Positions 54,962-64,000 of a stretch of DNA of 64,000 nucleotides are shown piece by piece. Position numbers and translations under genes: made by a program. This DNA comes from a virus. The notes below the pieces were generated by a model. That model was given only the letters and a program-made list of their open reading frames with translations, ran no database searches and was not told the DNA's origin. The stretch lies in IMG/VR virus record IMGVR_UViG_3300014039_000006. One strand, given 5' to 3'. Position 1 is the first letter of the stretch. Every line of letters starts with the position of its first letter.

Positions 54962-55021
54962 AAACAGTAACAAAGAGCCAATAGGCTCTATTTTTTTATG
55001 CAAATTTAAGGAGGTACAGAT

Positions 55022-55495
55022 ATGGCAGTAGCTGGTTTAGCGTCACTCGGCATTAGACTGGGTTATGCAGTAGAAGCAACAAAAGATACGAAGCCGTCCG
55101 CATTTACTGGTCTTACCAGAATTAATACGATCGGTGGAATTACCATCGACCCGGAGACCATTGATGCGTCTGCATTGGAAGATCTGATTACACGTAACAT
55201 TAAGGGACGTGCGGATACAGGCGGTTCATGGCCGGTAACCGTAAATATCACTGATGATACCATTACAGAATGGACTACACTGATTGCGGCTTATAAGGCA
55301 TTGTCCGATGGAAAGCGTATGTGGTTTGAGGTTTATCACCCGGATCTCGAAAAAGCGTTTTTTGTTATTGCTCAGCCGCCGGAAGATATTCCAATGCCTG
55401 AAAGTTCTCAAAATGCTCTTTGGACGGTCGATATGAACCTTACCGTTGAAGAGTACAAGGGACTTGATACAAAGGTAGCAGTATCGGGGGAATAA
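55022..55495 (+). CDS. major tail (tube) protein
   Basis: 157 aa with a strong AAGGAGG RBS. Followed by a terminator and the chaperone pair. Confidence 0.65.
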   Translation: MAVAGLASLGIRLGYAVEATKDTKPSAFTGLTRINTIGGITIDPETIDASALEDLITRNIKGRADTGGSWPVTVNITDDTITEWTTLIAAYKALSDGKRMWFEVYHPDLEKAFFVIAQPPEDIPMPESSQNALWTVDMNLTVEEYKGLDTKVAVSGE

Positions 55496-55580
55496 GTAGT
55501 CAATCACGCTCCAAGAAAAGCAAAGCCGTTGTGATTGACGAAGAAGATACGGCAGACACAGACATTTATTGACAGAGTTT

Positions 55581-55606
55581 AGGGCGGTCTTCGGACTGCC
55601 CTTTTC
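55581..55606 (+). terminator. rho-independent terminator after tail tube gene
   Basis: AGGGCGGTC-ttcg-GACTGCCCT-TTT. Confidence 0.65.
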
Positions 55607-55639
55607 CCTATAACTAGGGAGGGAAAAGTGAGGTAGAAT

Positions 55640-55972
55640 ATGAAAACATTTGAAATCAACGGGAAAAAGTACAAGTCAAAGGAATTTGACCTTAACATGA
55701 TCTGCGATCTGGAAGACATGGGAATTTCCATGGAAGATGCAGAAAAGAAACCTATGTCCATGGTACGTGCATATTTTGGACTTTGCGCCGGATTTAACAA
55801 GGAAAAAGCTGGAAAAGAGATTCAGGCACACATGATTTCCGGTGGTAAGTTTGACGGAATCATGGAAGCTATGGGGGATGAAATGAATAACTCCGATTTT
55901 TTTCGAGCTCTCTCGGAGAAGAAGAAAGAGGAAAATCCAGAGGGAGAAGCAGCGGAGAAGCCGGAGAAATAA
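55640..55972 (+). CDS. tail assembly chaperone (G)
   Basis: 110 aa with an acidic C-terminus, upstream of the tape measure. Confidence 0.7.
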   Translation: MKTFEINGKKYKSKEFDLNMICDLEDMGISMEDAEKKPMSMVRAYFGLCAGFNKEKAGKEIQAHMISGGKFDGIMEAMGDEMNNSDFFRALSEKKKEENPEGEAAEKPEK

Positions 55973-56367
55973 CAAGAAAACAGTACAGTTCGTTCCGGGA
56001 ACTGTTTTTAGACCTGTGGTATCCGGAGTTGTACCCAATGGGAATAACACTGGAACAATTTTGGAGTTTAAACCCACGGAAAATAAAGGCAATTCTTAAG
56101 GGGCATAACAATTTGCTTAAGGAAAGAGATCGTGAGAATTGGATTAACGGTCAATATATGATATCTGCCATTGCTACGGCATTTAACAGCAAGGCAAAGT
56201 ATATTGAAGAGCCGCTTCTCGAAAAGGCTGAAAGGGAAAACAAACCATTTAGCCATGAAGAGCAAATGGAAAAGGTTAAGAGGGTATTCCAGTCCTTGCA
56301 GATTATGCAAAGCAACTTTGAGTTGTCAAAGATGAAAAAAGAAAATGAGGGCGGTGTGGTGTCATAG
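55640..56367 (+). CDS. tail assembly chaperone G-T fusion via programmed -1 frameshift
   Basis: T7 run at 55897-55903 (U UUU UUU in the G frame). The -1 frame is open from 55891 to 56367. Confidence 0.55.
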
Positions 56368-56396
56368 CTACGCCGTCTATTTTGCGAGGTGAGATT

Positions 56397-59300
56397 ATGG
56401 CAGAAATTGATGATTTAACCGTGAAAGTCAATGCCGATGCGAAACAAGCGGATAGTGCACTAGAAAAACTGGTATCTCAATTAGAAACAGTCAACAGCGC
56501 ACTTGGCAAGATCATGTCTGGAAATGCTTTTTCAAATATGGAAGAGAGTGCAAAAGCGGCATCTGCATCTATGCAAGGTATATCTACCTCTACAAAGCGT
56601 GTATCAGACGAAATAGGCTCTCAAATGAAAAAGGCAAGCAATTCTATTAAGGGAGTTGAAACGCCCGTAAAAGAGACGTTTAAGAGCATTGAGGACGTTA
56701 TTGCCAAGCTTGGACAGAAGTCTATTGATATAAAGCCACAAATTGACACTGCCAATCTTGCCGGAGAACAGAAGAAATACACTGAACAGTTAAAAAATAT
56801 GCAGAATGGCATCAATCGTGTTTTAAATTCTGCGCATCCAGAAAAGAAAATTGGTACTTTGGATTCTCTTGTTGTAAGGTTGAACGAAGCAAAGAACGCA
56901 TTGAAGGAAATCGAAAAACTGCAAGGTTCTGTATCAACTTCTACTTCTGAAATGCCAGAAGTTAAATGGTATTGGGAAGACAAAAGAGATCCTAAGGATA
57001 TTATAGAAGAGTACAAGTCAGATCTTGATAATTGGAAGCAGTACTTAGAGAACTTCAATCAGGGAAATTACAAAGCGCCTACATCGCACATGGTAGAAGC
57101 AATAGGAAAATCTATTGAAGAACTTAAGTCTAAATTTCCAGAAGCAAAGGAAACCATTGCTGAATATGAAAAATTATTTGAAGATTTCTCTGCCGTTGCA
57201 GTTCCTAGTAAAGTTTCAAGCAATGCACAAATTAAAAATCCGTTAGAAAATACAGAAAAAGAAATTGATAGATTTAAAAAGGCTCTTGACTCCGTTGAAC
57301 CATTAGAATTTAGCGGAAATTTTTATGAAATGGAAAAGTGGGTTAGCGATCTAAATACAAAATTAGATTTACTCATTGGAAAAAGAGAAAAACTGACGGA
57401 TTTAGGTGCAAACATGGACACGCAAAGAATCCAGTCCATGACCTACGATATTGAACAACTCATAAAAACCATAGATAAATATGGAGTTCAAGTTGAAAAA
57501 GCAAGGCAAGCCGGAGAGTTAGAAATAGTAACACCCTCCCTAGATGCTTCGTTTTTAGAATCAGAAAGAAAAGCACAAAAATCTGCGAATACCATTGCCG
57601 AAATATTTAAGAATAGCAAAATTATTGTTCCAACAGAAGGATTTAAGGAAGTACAAAAAGAAATTGAAAAGGTAGAAAAAAGATTTAATGAAGTAGCGGC
57701 AAGTATAAAGAATAAATCCAGATCAGTAGAATTTTATGGCGCAACAGGAGATTTTAAAAGAAAGCAAGCAGAAATAGTTGCTCTTGGAAATGAATATCAG
57801 AGATTAATCAATAAGCAGAAAGAAATGGCTATTCTGCGATTTGATTCTAAGGGATTTACGGACGGTCTTACAAAACTGCAAGGATTTGTCTCTAAGACCT
57901 CAAATACACTTGGAAGAATCAATAAGAGAATTAATGAGTTCGGAAGAAAACTACTATCCCTTGTAGCACCGACACAAAAAGCAAGAGCAGCACTTAAGGG
58001 ATTAGACGTTACCAACATCGGACTTGCAAATAGTTTACTCCGCACAACCAAAATGCTAAAGCTGATGATCGTAAGAATGGCTTTGCGTGGTGTGATTGAC
58101 GGAGTAAAAACCGGAATGCAGAACCTGGCAATGTATTCGGACGAAACGAATGCAAGTCTTTCTCTGCTGATGAACAGCCTTAATCAGCTTAAAAATTCCT
58201 TTGCGGCGGCAGTAGCACCTATTTTAAATGCCTTTGCACCGGCATTAGATAAGATTATTCAGTTATGCATTAAAGCCGTAAATGCCATTAATCAAGTGAT
58301 TTCCGCATTACTTGGAAATGGTACTTTTATTCGTGCTAAAAAACTGACAGACAGTTACAGAGATTCTATCAGTGGCGCATCAAGCGCGGCAGAAGAACTT
58401 AATAAGCAGTTACAGGGATTTGATAAATTAAATAATCTTACCACTTCAAAAAGCGGCGGTGGAGCCGGTTCTACAACAACGAATCCGGAAGATATGTTTG
58501 AAACTGTCAACATTGAAGATAAGTGGAAAGATTTGGCAGATAAAATCAAGAATATCTTAAGCAAAATTTTTGATCCACTGAAAGAAGCGTGGAAACGTGC
58601 CGGAGATTTTGTAATGAAATCTTGGAAGTTTGCACTTCAAGAAGTATGGAAACTAATTAAAAGCATTGCAAAAGATTTTCTTGAGGTATGGAATGAAGAA
58701 GAGACCATACAGGTTCTTGAAAATATACTTCTGATTATTGGAGATATTGGTTTAACAATCGGATATCTTGCACAAGGATTTCGTGAAGCGTGGGAAGAAA
58801 ACGACACCGGACTTCATATTTTGCAGAATATCCGAGACATTATCGGAGTAATCGTTGAGAACATTCTTCATGCGGCTGACGCAACGGTTGAATGGGCAAA
58901 AAACCTTGATTTTTCACCGTTACTTACAAAGATCGAGGAATGGACGGCATCATTAGTTACTGTATTCGATAATTTGTCCGGAATTGTTACTGATTTTTAT
59001 GAAAAAGTTTTACTTCCACTTGCAAAATGGACGCTAGAAAAAGGTCTTCCTGACTTGCTACAAGTGTTTATTGATTTCAACGAAAAAGTTGACTGGGAGA
59101 AACTTCGTAATAATTTAAAGACTTTGTGGGAACACATAGAGCCGTTTGAGGAAACAATCGGAGAGGGATTGATTATTTTTGTAAGAGATATATCAGATGC
59201 TCTTGCAAACTTTATAAATAGTCAAGAATTTGAGGATTTTCTGACAAAAATTGAAGAGTGGATGGACAACGTTTCTGCAGAGGATGTGGCAAATACCTTG

Positions 59301-60701
59301 AAAGATATAGCCGCCGGAATTATCGTCTTAAAAGTTGCAACAGCAACATTTAGCACATTATCACCGGCTATTGAGGTTATCAAGTCACTGGTAAACGTTC
59401 TAAGCGGAATCAAAATGGCAAAAGCCTTAAAGAATCTTGCTAAGTTGGGCGGGGGCGGTGCAACTGCATCGGCATCTACCGGAGGTGTGCTTAGTAGTCT
59501 TGGTGGACTTAAGGGTTTGCTTTTTGGAGACCTTGGAACTATTTTCGGTGCCGGAACAGCAACAGAAATTGCAGCCACAATTGGAGTCGGTCTTGTCGGT
59601 GCACTAGGAGCATGGTTTGCCGGAAACTGGACAGGAAAACAGTTGGGAGCATTGCTTTTCCCGGACATGAAAGAAGAGTATCTAAACTTCCATTGGCTTG
59701 GTGAAGGTGGATTTTTCGACCAGTTATTTGATAAGGAAGATTTTGCATCGTTTGACAGCATCAAGGATAAATTCAAAGAATTATCCGATGCGTGGGATAT
59801 GATGAAATCCGATTTTGCAGACAATCCTTTGATTGCTTCATTCACGACATTTATAGATTCAACGGTAAATAGTCAAAACCACTTAGGTAATTTAGTTGAA
59901 AAAATAAAAGAAGTACCGGAAGCGTGGGAAACAACCAAAACAAAGTTTTTGGAAATTGTGGATTCTGTAAAAGCAAAATGGGAAGAAATCAAGACGGGAT
60001 TTACAGACACCGTAGAAGAATGGAAGGAAAAGGCACTTGAACTAAAAGAAAATATCCAACAAAAGGTTACCGATTTTGTAGACGGAATCAAGGAAAAGTG
60101 GGAAAACATCAAGGCAGACTTTGATGAACTGAAAGAATCTATCGTACAAAAGTACGAAGATTTCAAAGAAAAGGTTGCAAACAAGTTAGATGAAATGAAG
60201 CAGTCATGGGATGATACGTGGTCTGCAATCGGAGAAGCCGTAGGCGGTACAGTAAAATCTATCATTGATGCAGTTACCAGTGCAATTTCGTGGATTCAGA
60301 GTTTGATTGGAAACATCAACGCAATTCCGCAAACGGTAAACATCGGCGTGAATATGGGTACGGAAATCGGAAAGAACGCCGCAAAAAAAGTCCGAGGTTA
60401 TGCTTCCGGTGGATTTATCGAACCGGCAACGTACTTCAAAGCCGGAGAAAACGGTGTACCGGAAATCCTTGGAACGGTCGGCGGTAAGTCGGCAGTAGCC
60501 GGTGGACAGGAAATTACCGGAATTTCCAATGCAATTTACAGTACCGGACAGACCGAAGCACAACTTTTATCGACGGCGGTACAGTTTTTACAGATTATTG
60601 CACAAAAAGATTTCAGCATCAATTCTTCCGATGCGTTCAACGCAATTCGGGAAGAAGCGCATTCATACGAGAAGCGGACAGGAGATAAGGCATTCACTTA
60701 A
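56397..60701 (+). CDS. tape measure protein
   Basis: About 1434 aa, with coiled-coil and hydrophobic G/A-rich segments, in the canonical position. Confidence 0.9.
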   Translation: MAEIDDLTVKVNADAKQADSALEKLVSQLETVNSALGKIMSGNAFSNMEESAKAASASMQGISTSTKRVSDEIGSQMKKASNSIKGVETPVKETFKSIEDVIAKLGQKSIDIKPQIDTANLAGEQKKYTEQLKNMQNGINRVLNSAHPEKKIGTLDSLVVRLNEAKNALKEIEKLQGSVSTSTSEMPEVKWYWEDKRDPKDIIEEYKSDLDNWKQYLENFNQGNYKAPTSHMVEAIGKSIEELKSKFPEAKETIAEYEKLFEDFSAVAVPSKVSSNAQIKNPLENTEKEIDRFKKALDSVEPLEFSGNFYEMEKWVSDLNTKLDLLIGKREKLTDLGANMDTQRIQSMTYDIEQLIKTIDKYGVQVEKARQAGELEIVTPSLDASFLESERKAQKSANTIAEIFKNSKIIVPTEGFKEVQKEIEKVEKRFNEVAASIKNKSRSVEFYGATGDFKRKQAEIVALGNEYQRLINKQKEMAILRFDSKGFTDGLTKLQGFVSKTSNTLGRINKRINEFGRKLLSLVAPTQKARAALKGLDVTNIGLANSLLRTTKMLKLMIVRMALRGVIDGVKTGMQNLAMYSDETNASLSLLMNSLNQLKNSFAAAVAPILNAFAPALDKIIQLCIKAVNAINQVISALLGNGTFIRAKKLTDSYRDSISGASSAAEELNKQLQGFDKLNNLTTSKSGGGAGSTTTNPEDMFETVNIEDKWKDLADKIKNILSKIFDPLKEAWKRAGDFVMKSWKFALQEVWKLIKSIAKDFLEVWNEEETIQVLENILLIIGDIGLTIGYLAQGFREAWEENDTGLHILQNIRDIIGVIVENILHAADATVEWAKNLDFSPLLTKIEEWTASLVTVFDNLSGIVTDFYEKVLLPLAKWTLEKGLPDLLQVFIDFNEKVDWEKLRNNLKTLWEHIEPFEETIGEGLIIFVRDISDALANFINSQEFEDFLTKIEEWMDNVSAEDVANTLKDIAAGIIVLKVATATFSTLSPAIEVIKSLVNVLSGIKMAKALKNLAKLGGGGATASASTGGVLSSLGGLKGLLFGDLGTIFGAGTATEIAATIGVGLVGALGAWFAGNWTGKQLGALLFPDMKEEYLNFHWLGEGGFFDQLFDKEDFASFDSIKDKFKELSDAWDMMKSDFADNPLIASFTTFIDSTVNSQNHLGNLVEKIKEVPEAWETTKTKFLEIVDSVKAKWEEIKTGFTDTVEEWKEKALELKENIQQKVTDFVDGIKEKWENIKADFDELKESIVQKYEDFKEKVANKLDEMKQSWDDTWSAIGEAVGGTVKSIIDAVTSAISWIQSLIGNINAIPQTVNIGVNMGTEIGKNAAKKVRGYASGGFIEPATYFKAGENGVPEILGTVGGKSAVAGGQEITGISNAIYSTGQTEAQLLSTAVQFLQIIAQKDFSINSSDAFNAIREEAHSYEKRTGDKAFT

Positions 60702-60704
60702 AAA

Positions 60705-61139
60705 ATGGGTGCCTTTTTCAATTATGGAGGTAAGCCAGTGAGTTATCAAGGATATATGTTTCAATTTGGCTCATACAAGTTTCCCAAAATGATTCGGGCA
60801 GATACTTACAAGATTACCCCGAATGCAAGACAGGATTTGGATTCATACCGTGACGCAAACGGAGAATTGCACCGGACGGCATTAGACCATACGGCTACAA
60901 GCGTCACATTTTCGATTCCGTTCCATACCGAAGCACAGCACGAAGAAATGATGGCTGCCATTCGTAGCAGCTACATAAACGAAAAAGAGCGTGACGCACA
61001 GTGTTCTTATTACGATCCGGAGACTTGCACCTATAAGACCGGACATTTTTACATTGATTCCAACTGGAGTTTTCAAGTATATGGAACGTATGACGGAATC
61101 ATGTATCAGGAATGCGAAGTTAGTTTTGTTGAGTATTAA
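60705..61139 (+). CDS. distal tail protein candidate
   Basis: 144 aa, immediately after the tape measure. Confidence 0.5.
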   Translation: MGAFFNYGGKPVSYQGYMFQFGSYKFPKMIRADTYKITPNARQDLDSYRDANGELHRTALDHTATSVTFSIPFHTEAQHEEMMAAIRSSYINEKERDAQCSYYDPETCTYKTGHFYIDSNWSFQVYGTYDGIMYQECEVSFVEY

Positions 61140-61156
61140 TCATAGAGGGAAAAGGC

Positions 61157-62503
61157 ATGAACGTATCAGATGCAACCAAAAATGAATACAGGAGTTCCAG
61201 TGTTCACAAGAACCTAACTATTAAATTTCCGGAAATTGGACTCACGATTGATAACACAAAAATTTATCAAGAAAGTATGAAACTCAAAGAGTCCATTCTG
61301 GAAAAGAATAACATTGAGTTTGTCGGTTGCATCGCCAGTTCCTTTTCCGTCCAGATTCAAGGACTTAAGGAAGATGTTAAGGGAAAAAAAATTGAAGCAT
61401 CTATTACCACGGACGGAAGCACCGATGAACCGATACCGTTATTTCACGGCATCGTAGACAGTGCCGTATTGCAAGACAACCGATTAAGCAAGACCATAAC
61501 GGCATATGACATTCTTTATACCAAAGGAAATACAGAGGTTTCCGGTTGGTACAATTCTCTGACATTTCCTATCACCATAAAGCAGTTTCGGGATTCCTTG
61601 TTTTCCTATCTTGGGATCACACAGGACGAAACATCACTTGTCAACGATGAAATTTCCATAAGCAAGCAGTACGACCCAAAGACGCTTAAGGCTTTGAATG
61701 TGATTAAGGCTATCTGCCAGATAAACGGAGTTTTTGGCATTATCAACCGTGACGGTTTATTTGAATACCGGACAACGCAAAGCGGTCTTTATCCGTCTGG
61801 AAACCTTTATCCGTCCGATGATTTGTACCCGTTTTCCGGTGACGAAACGGAACTTACCGAGGAAGAAGTTGCGGAAGCAATGCAGTATTACAAGAAAATC
61901 CGGTACGAGGAATTTAAGGTAAAGCCGGTTGACAAAATCACCATTAGGCAGAATGAGAACGATGCCGGAGTGACTTATGGAAGCGGCACAAACAACTACA
62001 TTATTCAAGGAAATATGTTCACTTACGGACTTTCCAATGAAACGCTTTTGCAAATGGCGCAAAGCATTTATCCGTATGTCGAGGGTTATTCCTACTATCC
62101 GTTTCAGGCATCGAACATGGGATTGCCGTTTGTGGAGTGCGGTGTTGATATTTTGTCTTACAAGGTGCGCAATCTTGATACTGGAGAAACGGAAAAGAAA
62201 TATTACAATGTGTTCAGCCGTGAATTGACCGGAATACAGGCGTTGAGCGACAGTTATACGGCAAAGGGCGAAGAGTACCAAAGTGAGTTTATCACGGATT
62301 TGCAGACCTCTATTGATGTTATCAAGCAACAAGACCAACAGTATCAGCAGACCTTTAATGACTTTGATTCAAGAATTTCTGAATTGGAAGCCGGAGGTGG
62401 CGGTGGTGGCGGTGGAATCAATATAGTTTCCGTGGCATCGTTACCGGCTAATCCCGATACAAATACGGTTTATTTGATTCAAGGAATTGTGGTGGTGGAA
62501 TAA
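61157..62503 (+). CDS. tail-associated (Tal-like) minor structural protein
   Basis: 448 aa. The N-terminal YRSSSVHKNLTIKFPE..IYQESMKLKESI pattern matches siphovirus tail-tip proteins. Gly8 linker near the C-terminus. Confidence 0.6.
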   Translation: MNVSDATKNEYRSSSVHKNLTIKFPEIGLTIDNTKIYQESMKLKESILEKNNIEFVGCIASSFSVQIQGLKEDVKGKKIEASITTDGSTDEPIPLFHGIVDSAVLQDNRLSKTITAYDILYTKGNTEVSGWYNSLTFPITIKQFRDSLFSYLGITQDETSLVNDEISISKQYDPKTLKALNVIKAICQINGVFGIINRDGLFEYRTTQSGLYPSGNLYPSDDLYPFSGDETELTEEEVAEAMQYYKKIRYEEFKVKPVDKITIRQNENDAGVTYGSGTNNYIIQGNMFTYGLSNETLLQMAQSIYPYVEGYSYYPFQASNMGLPFVECGVDILSYKVRNLDTGETEKKYYNVFSRELTGIQALSDSYTAKGEEYQSEFITDLQTSIDVIKQQDQQYQQTFNDFDSRISELEAGGGGGGGGINIVSVASLPANPDTNTVYLIQGIVVVE

Positions 62504-63756
62504 TGGGAAAACAGAGTTCAAGGATTTATTTTCAAGGAAAAGACCATAAGGATATTTGGTTTCAAGGAAATTACCACAATTCTATGTATATTGGAAGTCA
62601 ACTGGTGTGGAAAAAAATAATTGAAAAATATTGTGTAATTTCCGGAATGATATGCAATCTAATAAACGGGGAAAAAATAAATCCAAACGGAAGATTTTAC
62701 GTGAAGAAAAGCACTCCCAATTTTTCTATTGGAGAATATCGTGACGATGAAGGAAATAAATATCTAGCAATAACAAAAGATCTTCTTTACTGGAAAAGAA
62801 TAAGTGAAGTAGATGCTTCAAAAACATATTATATTTCGGCAACAGAAGAAGGTTTTTTTATATATTTAGTCGGAGAAGGAATTTATTATTTAAAAATCAT
62901 AAAAGATTTGAAGTATTCAATATCTAAAATAAGATCAACTATTTCCGGTTCATATGTTTCTCATAATCTATACGGAATATCAGATTATTTTTATTATATA
63001 ACATTGCAATATGTAGATAGCAAACTAACCTATATTCTTTATAAAGTTTCTCAAAGTGGAAATACAGAATCCGGGAATCTTGGTGGATACTTTGCAAACA
63101 CATACGCACAGAATACTGAATATTCAAAAATAGCAGTTGTAAGCGAAATAATTTACATTGTTGCAGATGGATCTTTAACAAGCGCGACAAATAAAGGTAC
63201 TCGTATTTTAAAAATACGTGATATGGATTTAGATAGCGTTTACACGGAATTGTTTATTGGAGAAAATAATTCGTATTTTGATGATTATGGAAGTGTGGAA
63301 GTTGTTTATGACGGATATCAAGTGGCTTATTTGGTGACGAACAAAGGTGGAAATAATTATGTCGGAGGTTATAGTTACAAATATAAATATGCAAAAATGC
63401 GATATTACGTTATAAATCCGATAGGAACACTTGGACTTGCAAAAGAGATTACAAACAGGGAAAATCTTGTAATTCCATTAAAGATAGGAACGTTGAACAG
63501 GGAACTTGTTATTAGTTTTACGGAAAATGGAGAACAAGGAGAAGATCAAGATTATGTTAATTGTAAAGATTTGAGGTGGGATAGTTCAGAAGATGAAAAG
63601 TTAGCCGGATTTCCCTCTACTTCTTTGATGATGAGTTCGGGAGCAAGAAATCAACAATGTTTAATTCCAAAATGGACAAGTGGGAAAACAGTTATTTATA
63701 TAGACAATTTATTTTGGGAAGATAGCGAAAACAACTTTGCTATTCAATACGACTAG
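62503..63756 (+). CDS. hypothetical baseplate/receptor-binding candidate
   Basis: 417 aa, Y/N/G-rich and beta-rich, ATGA-type coupling. Confidence 0.45.
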   Translation: MGKQSSRIYFQGKDHKDIWFQGNYHNSMYIGSQLVWKKIIEKYCVISGMICNLINGEKINPNGRFYVKKSTPNFSIGEYRDDEGNKYLAITKDLLYWKRISEVDASKTYYISATEEGFFIYLVGEGIYYLKIIKDLKYSISKIRSTISGSYVSHNLYGISDYFYYITLQYVDSKLTYILYKVSQSGNTESGNLGGYFANTYAQNTEYSKIAVVSEIIYIVADGSLTSATNKGTRILKIRDMDLDSVYTELFIGENNSYFDDYGSVEVVYDGYQVAYLVTNKGGNNYVGGYSYKYKYAKMRYYVINPIGTLGLAKEITNRENLVIPLKIGTLNRELVISFTENGEQGEDQDYVNCKDLRWDSSEDEKLAGFPSTSLMMSSGARNQQCLIPKWTSGKTVIYIDNLFWEDSENNFAIQYD

Positions 63757-63770
63757 AAAGGTGGTAGAAC

Positions 63771-64000
63771 ATGGCATACGTAAAGCAAACGTGGACTGAC
63801 AGACCGTCAAAGACAACGCCGATTAATGCGGCACGGCTTAACCACATGGAAGAGGGGATTTTCGCCACTAGCGAGAAGTTCAATGAAGATGGTATCAACT
63901 TCGGACGAAAAGCAGATACGACAGCCGGACGAAGAAGCACGGCAGAAGGATATAATACAACCGCTTCTGATACATACGCTCATGCCGAAGGGTATCAATC
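63771..64000 (+). CDS. tail fibre protein, N-terminal part (3' end outside window)
   Basis: MAYVKQTWTDRPSKTTPINAARLNHMEEGI is the classic Firmicute phage fibre N-terminus. Open to the window edge. Confidence 0.7.
   Translation, partial: MAYVKQTWTDRPSKTTPINAARLNHMEEGIFATSEKFNEDGINFGRKADTTAGRRSTAEGYNTTASDTYAHAEGYQ

Noticed and set aside
51680-60563. Long antisense ORFs inside the capsid and tape-measure genes (e.g. 51680-52390, 59222-59845, 59873-60265, 60204-60563, all minus strand)
   Set aside because: They lie entirely within strongly supported plus-strand structural genes. They have low-complexity S/F/N-rich translations and no RBS.
62393-62415. GGN-repeat tract as a possible simple-sequence contingency locus
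   Set aside because: It encodes an in-frame Gly8 linker near the C-terminus of the tail-tip protein. The codons are mixed (GGA/GGT/GGC), so it is not a slippage-prone homopolymer.

Overview
The whole window reads as a temperate siphovirus-like phage or prophage of a low-GC Firmicute (Clostridia-like); I saw no host housekeeping genes. The window starts inside one tail-fibre gene and ends inside another, so the sequence may be circular or permuted.

Gene order:
- 2-1245: tail-fibre end plus a receptor-binding-type gene.
- 406-3292: diversity-generating retroelement (DGR), ordered target/VR1, Avd, TR, RT.
- 3229-5477: lysis cassette (XkdX-like, holin, GH73+amidase endolysin).
- 5513-7150: lysogeny switch with two minus-strand XRE regulators.
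- 7150-28003: long early/replication-recombination module. It holds an antirepressor, a 3D-domain protein, a Spo0A-C-like protein, a Rad50/SMC-like ATPase, RecT, an MBL hydrolase, SSB, a GIY-YIG nuclease, a DNA methyltransferase, a replisome organizer, a G39P-like loader and four DUF551 paralogs.
- 28180-29544: large serine integrase.
- 29.8-45.7 kb: roughly 16 kb accessory region rich in non-coding RNA-like structure.
- 45782-64000: packaging, head and tail module (TerL, portal, MuF-like, scaffold, capsid, tail tube, frameshifted chaperone, tape measure, tail tip, fibre).

Most notable observations:
1. One 85-nt template repeat matches three variable regions. One is local and two lie about 17.5 and 23.6 kb away in paralogous small early-region genes. 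Differences fall almost only at TR adenines, and each VR is followed by a GC hairpin with the same CGTGT loop.
2. A vWA protein with Ro60-like architecture (DUF2828-like) sits just downstream of a tRNA-Gln(UUG) and two anticodon-less tRNA mimics. This suggests a Y-RNA/Ro-like module.
3. A minus-strand operon of tiny ORFs is punctuated by two covarying hammerhead-like (type II topology) motifs and two acceptor/T-arm minihelices.
4. Further candidate RNAs or sites:
- a stand-alone structured RNA with its own promoter and terminator;
- three tandem hairpins sharing one loop;
- a 59-bp tandem repeat;
- a 42-bp direct repeat bracketing the integrase region.

All functional calls come from reading the translated ORFs and the DNA by eye. 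No database search was run.
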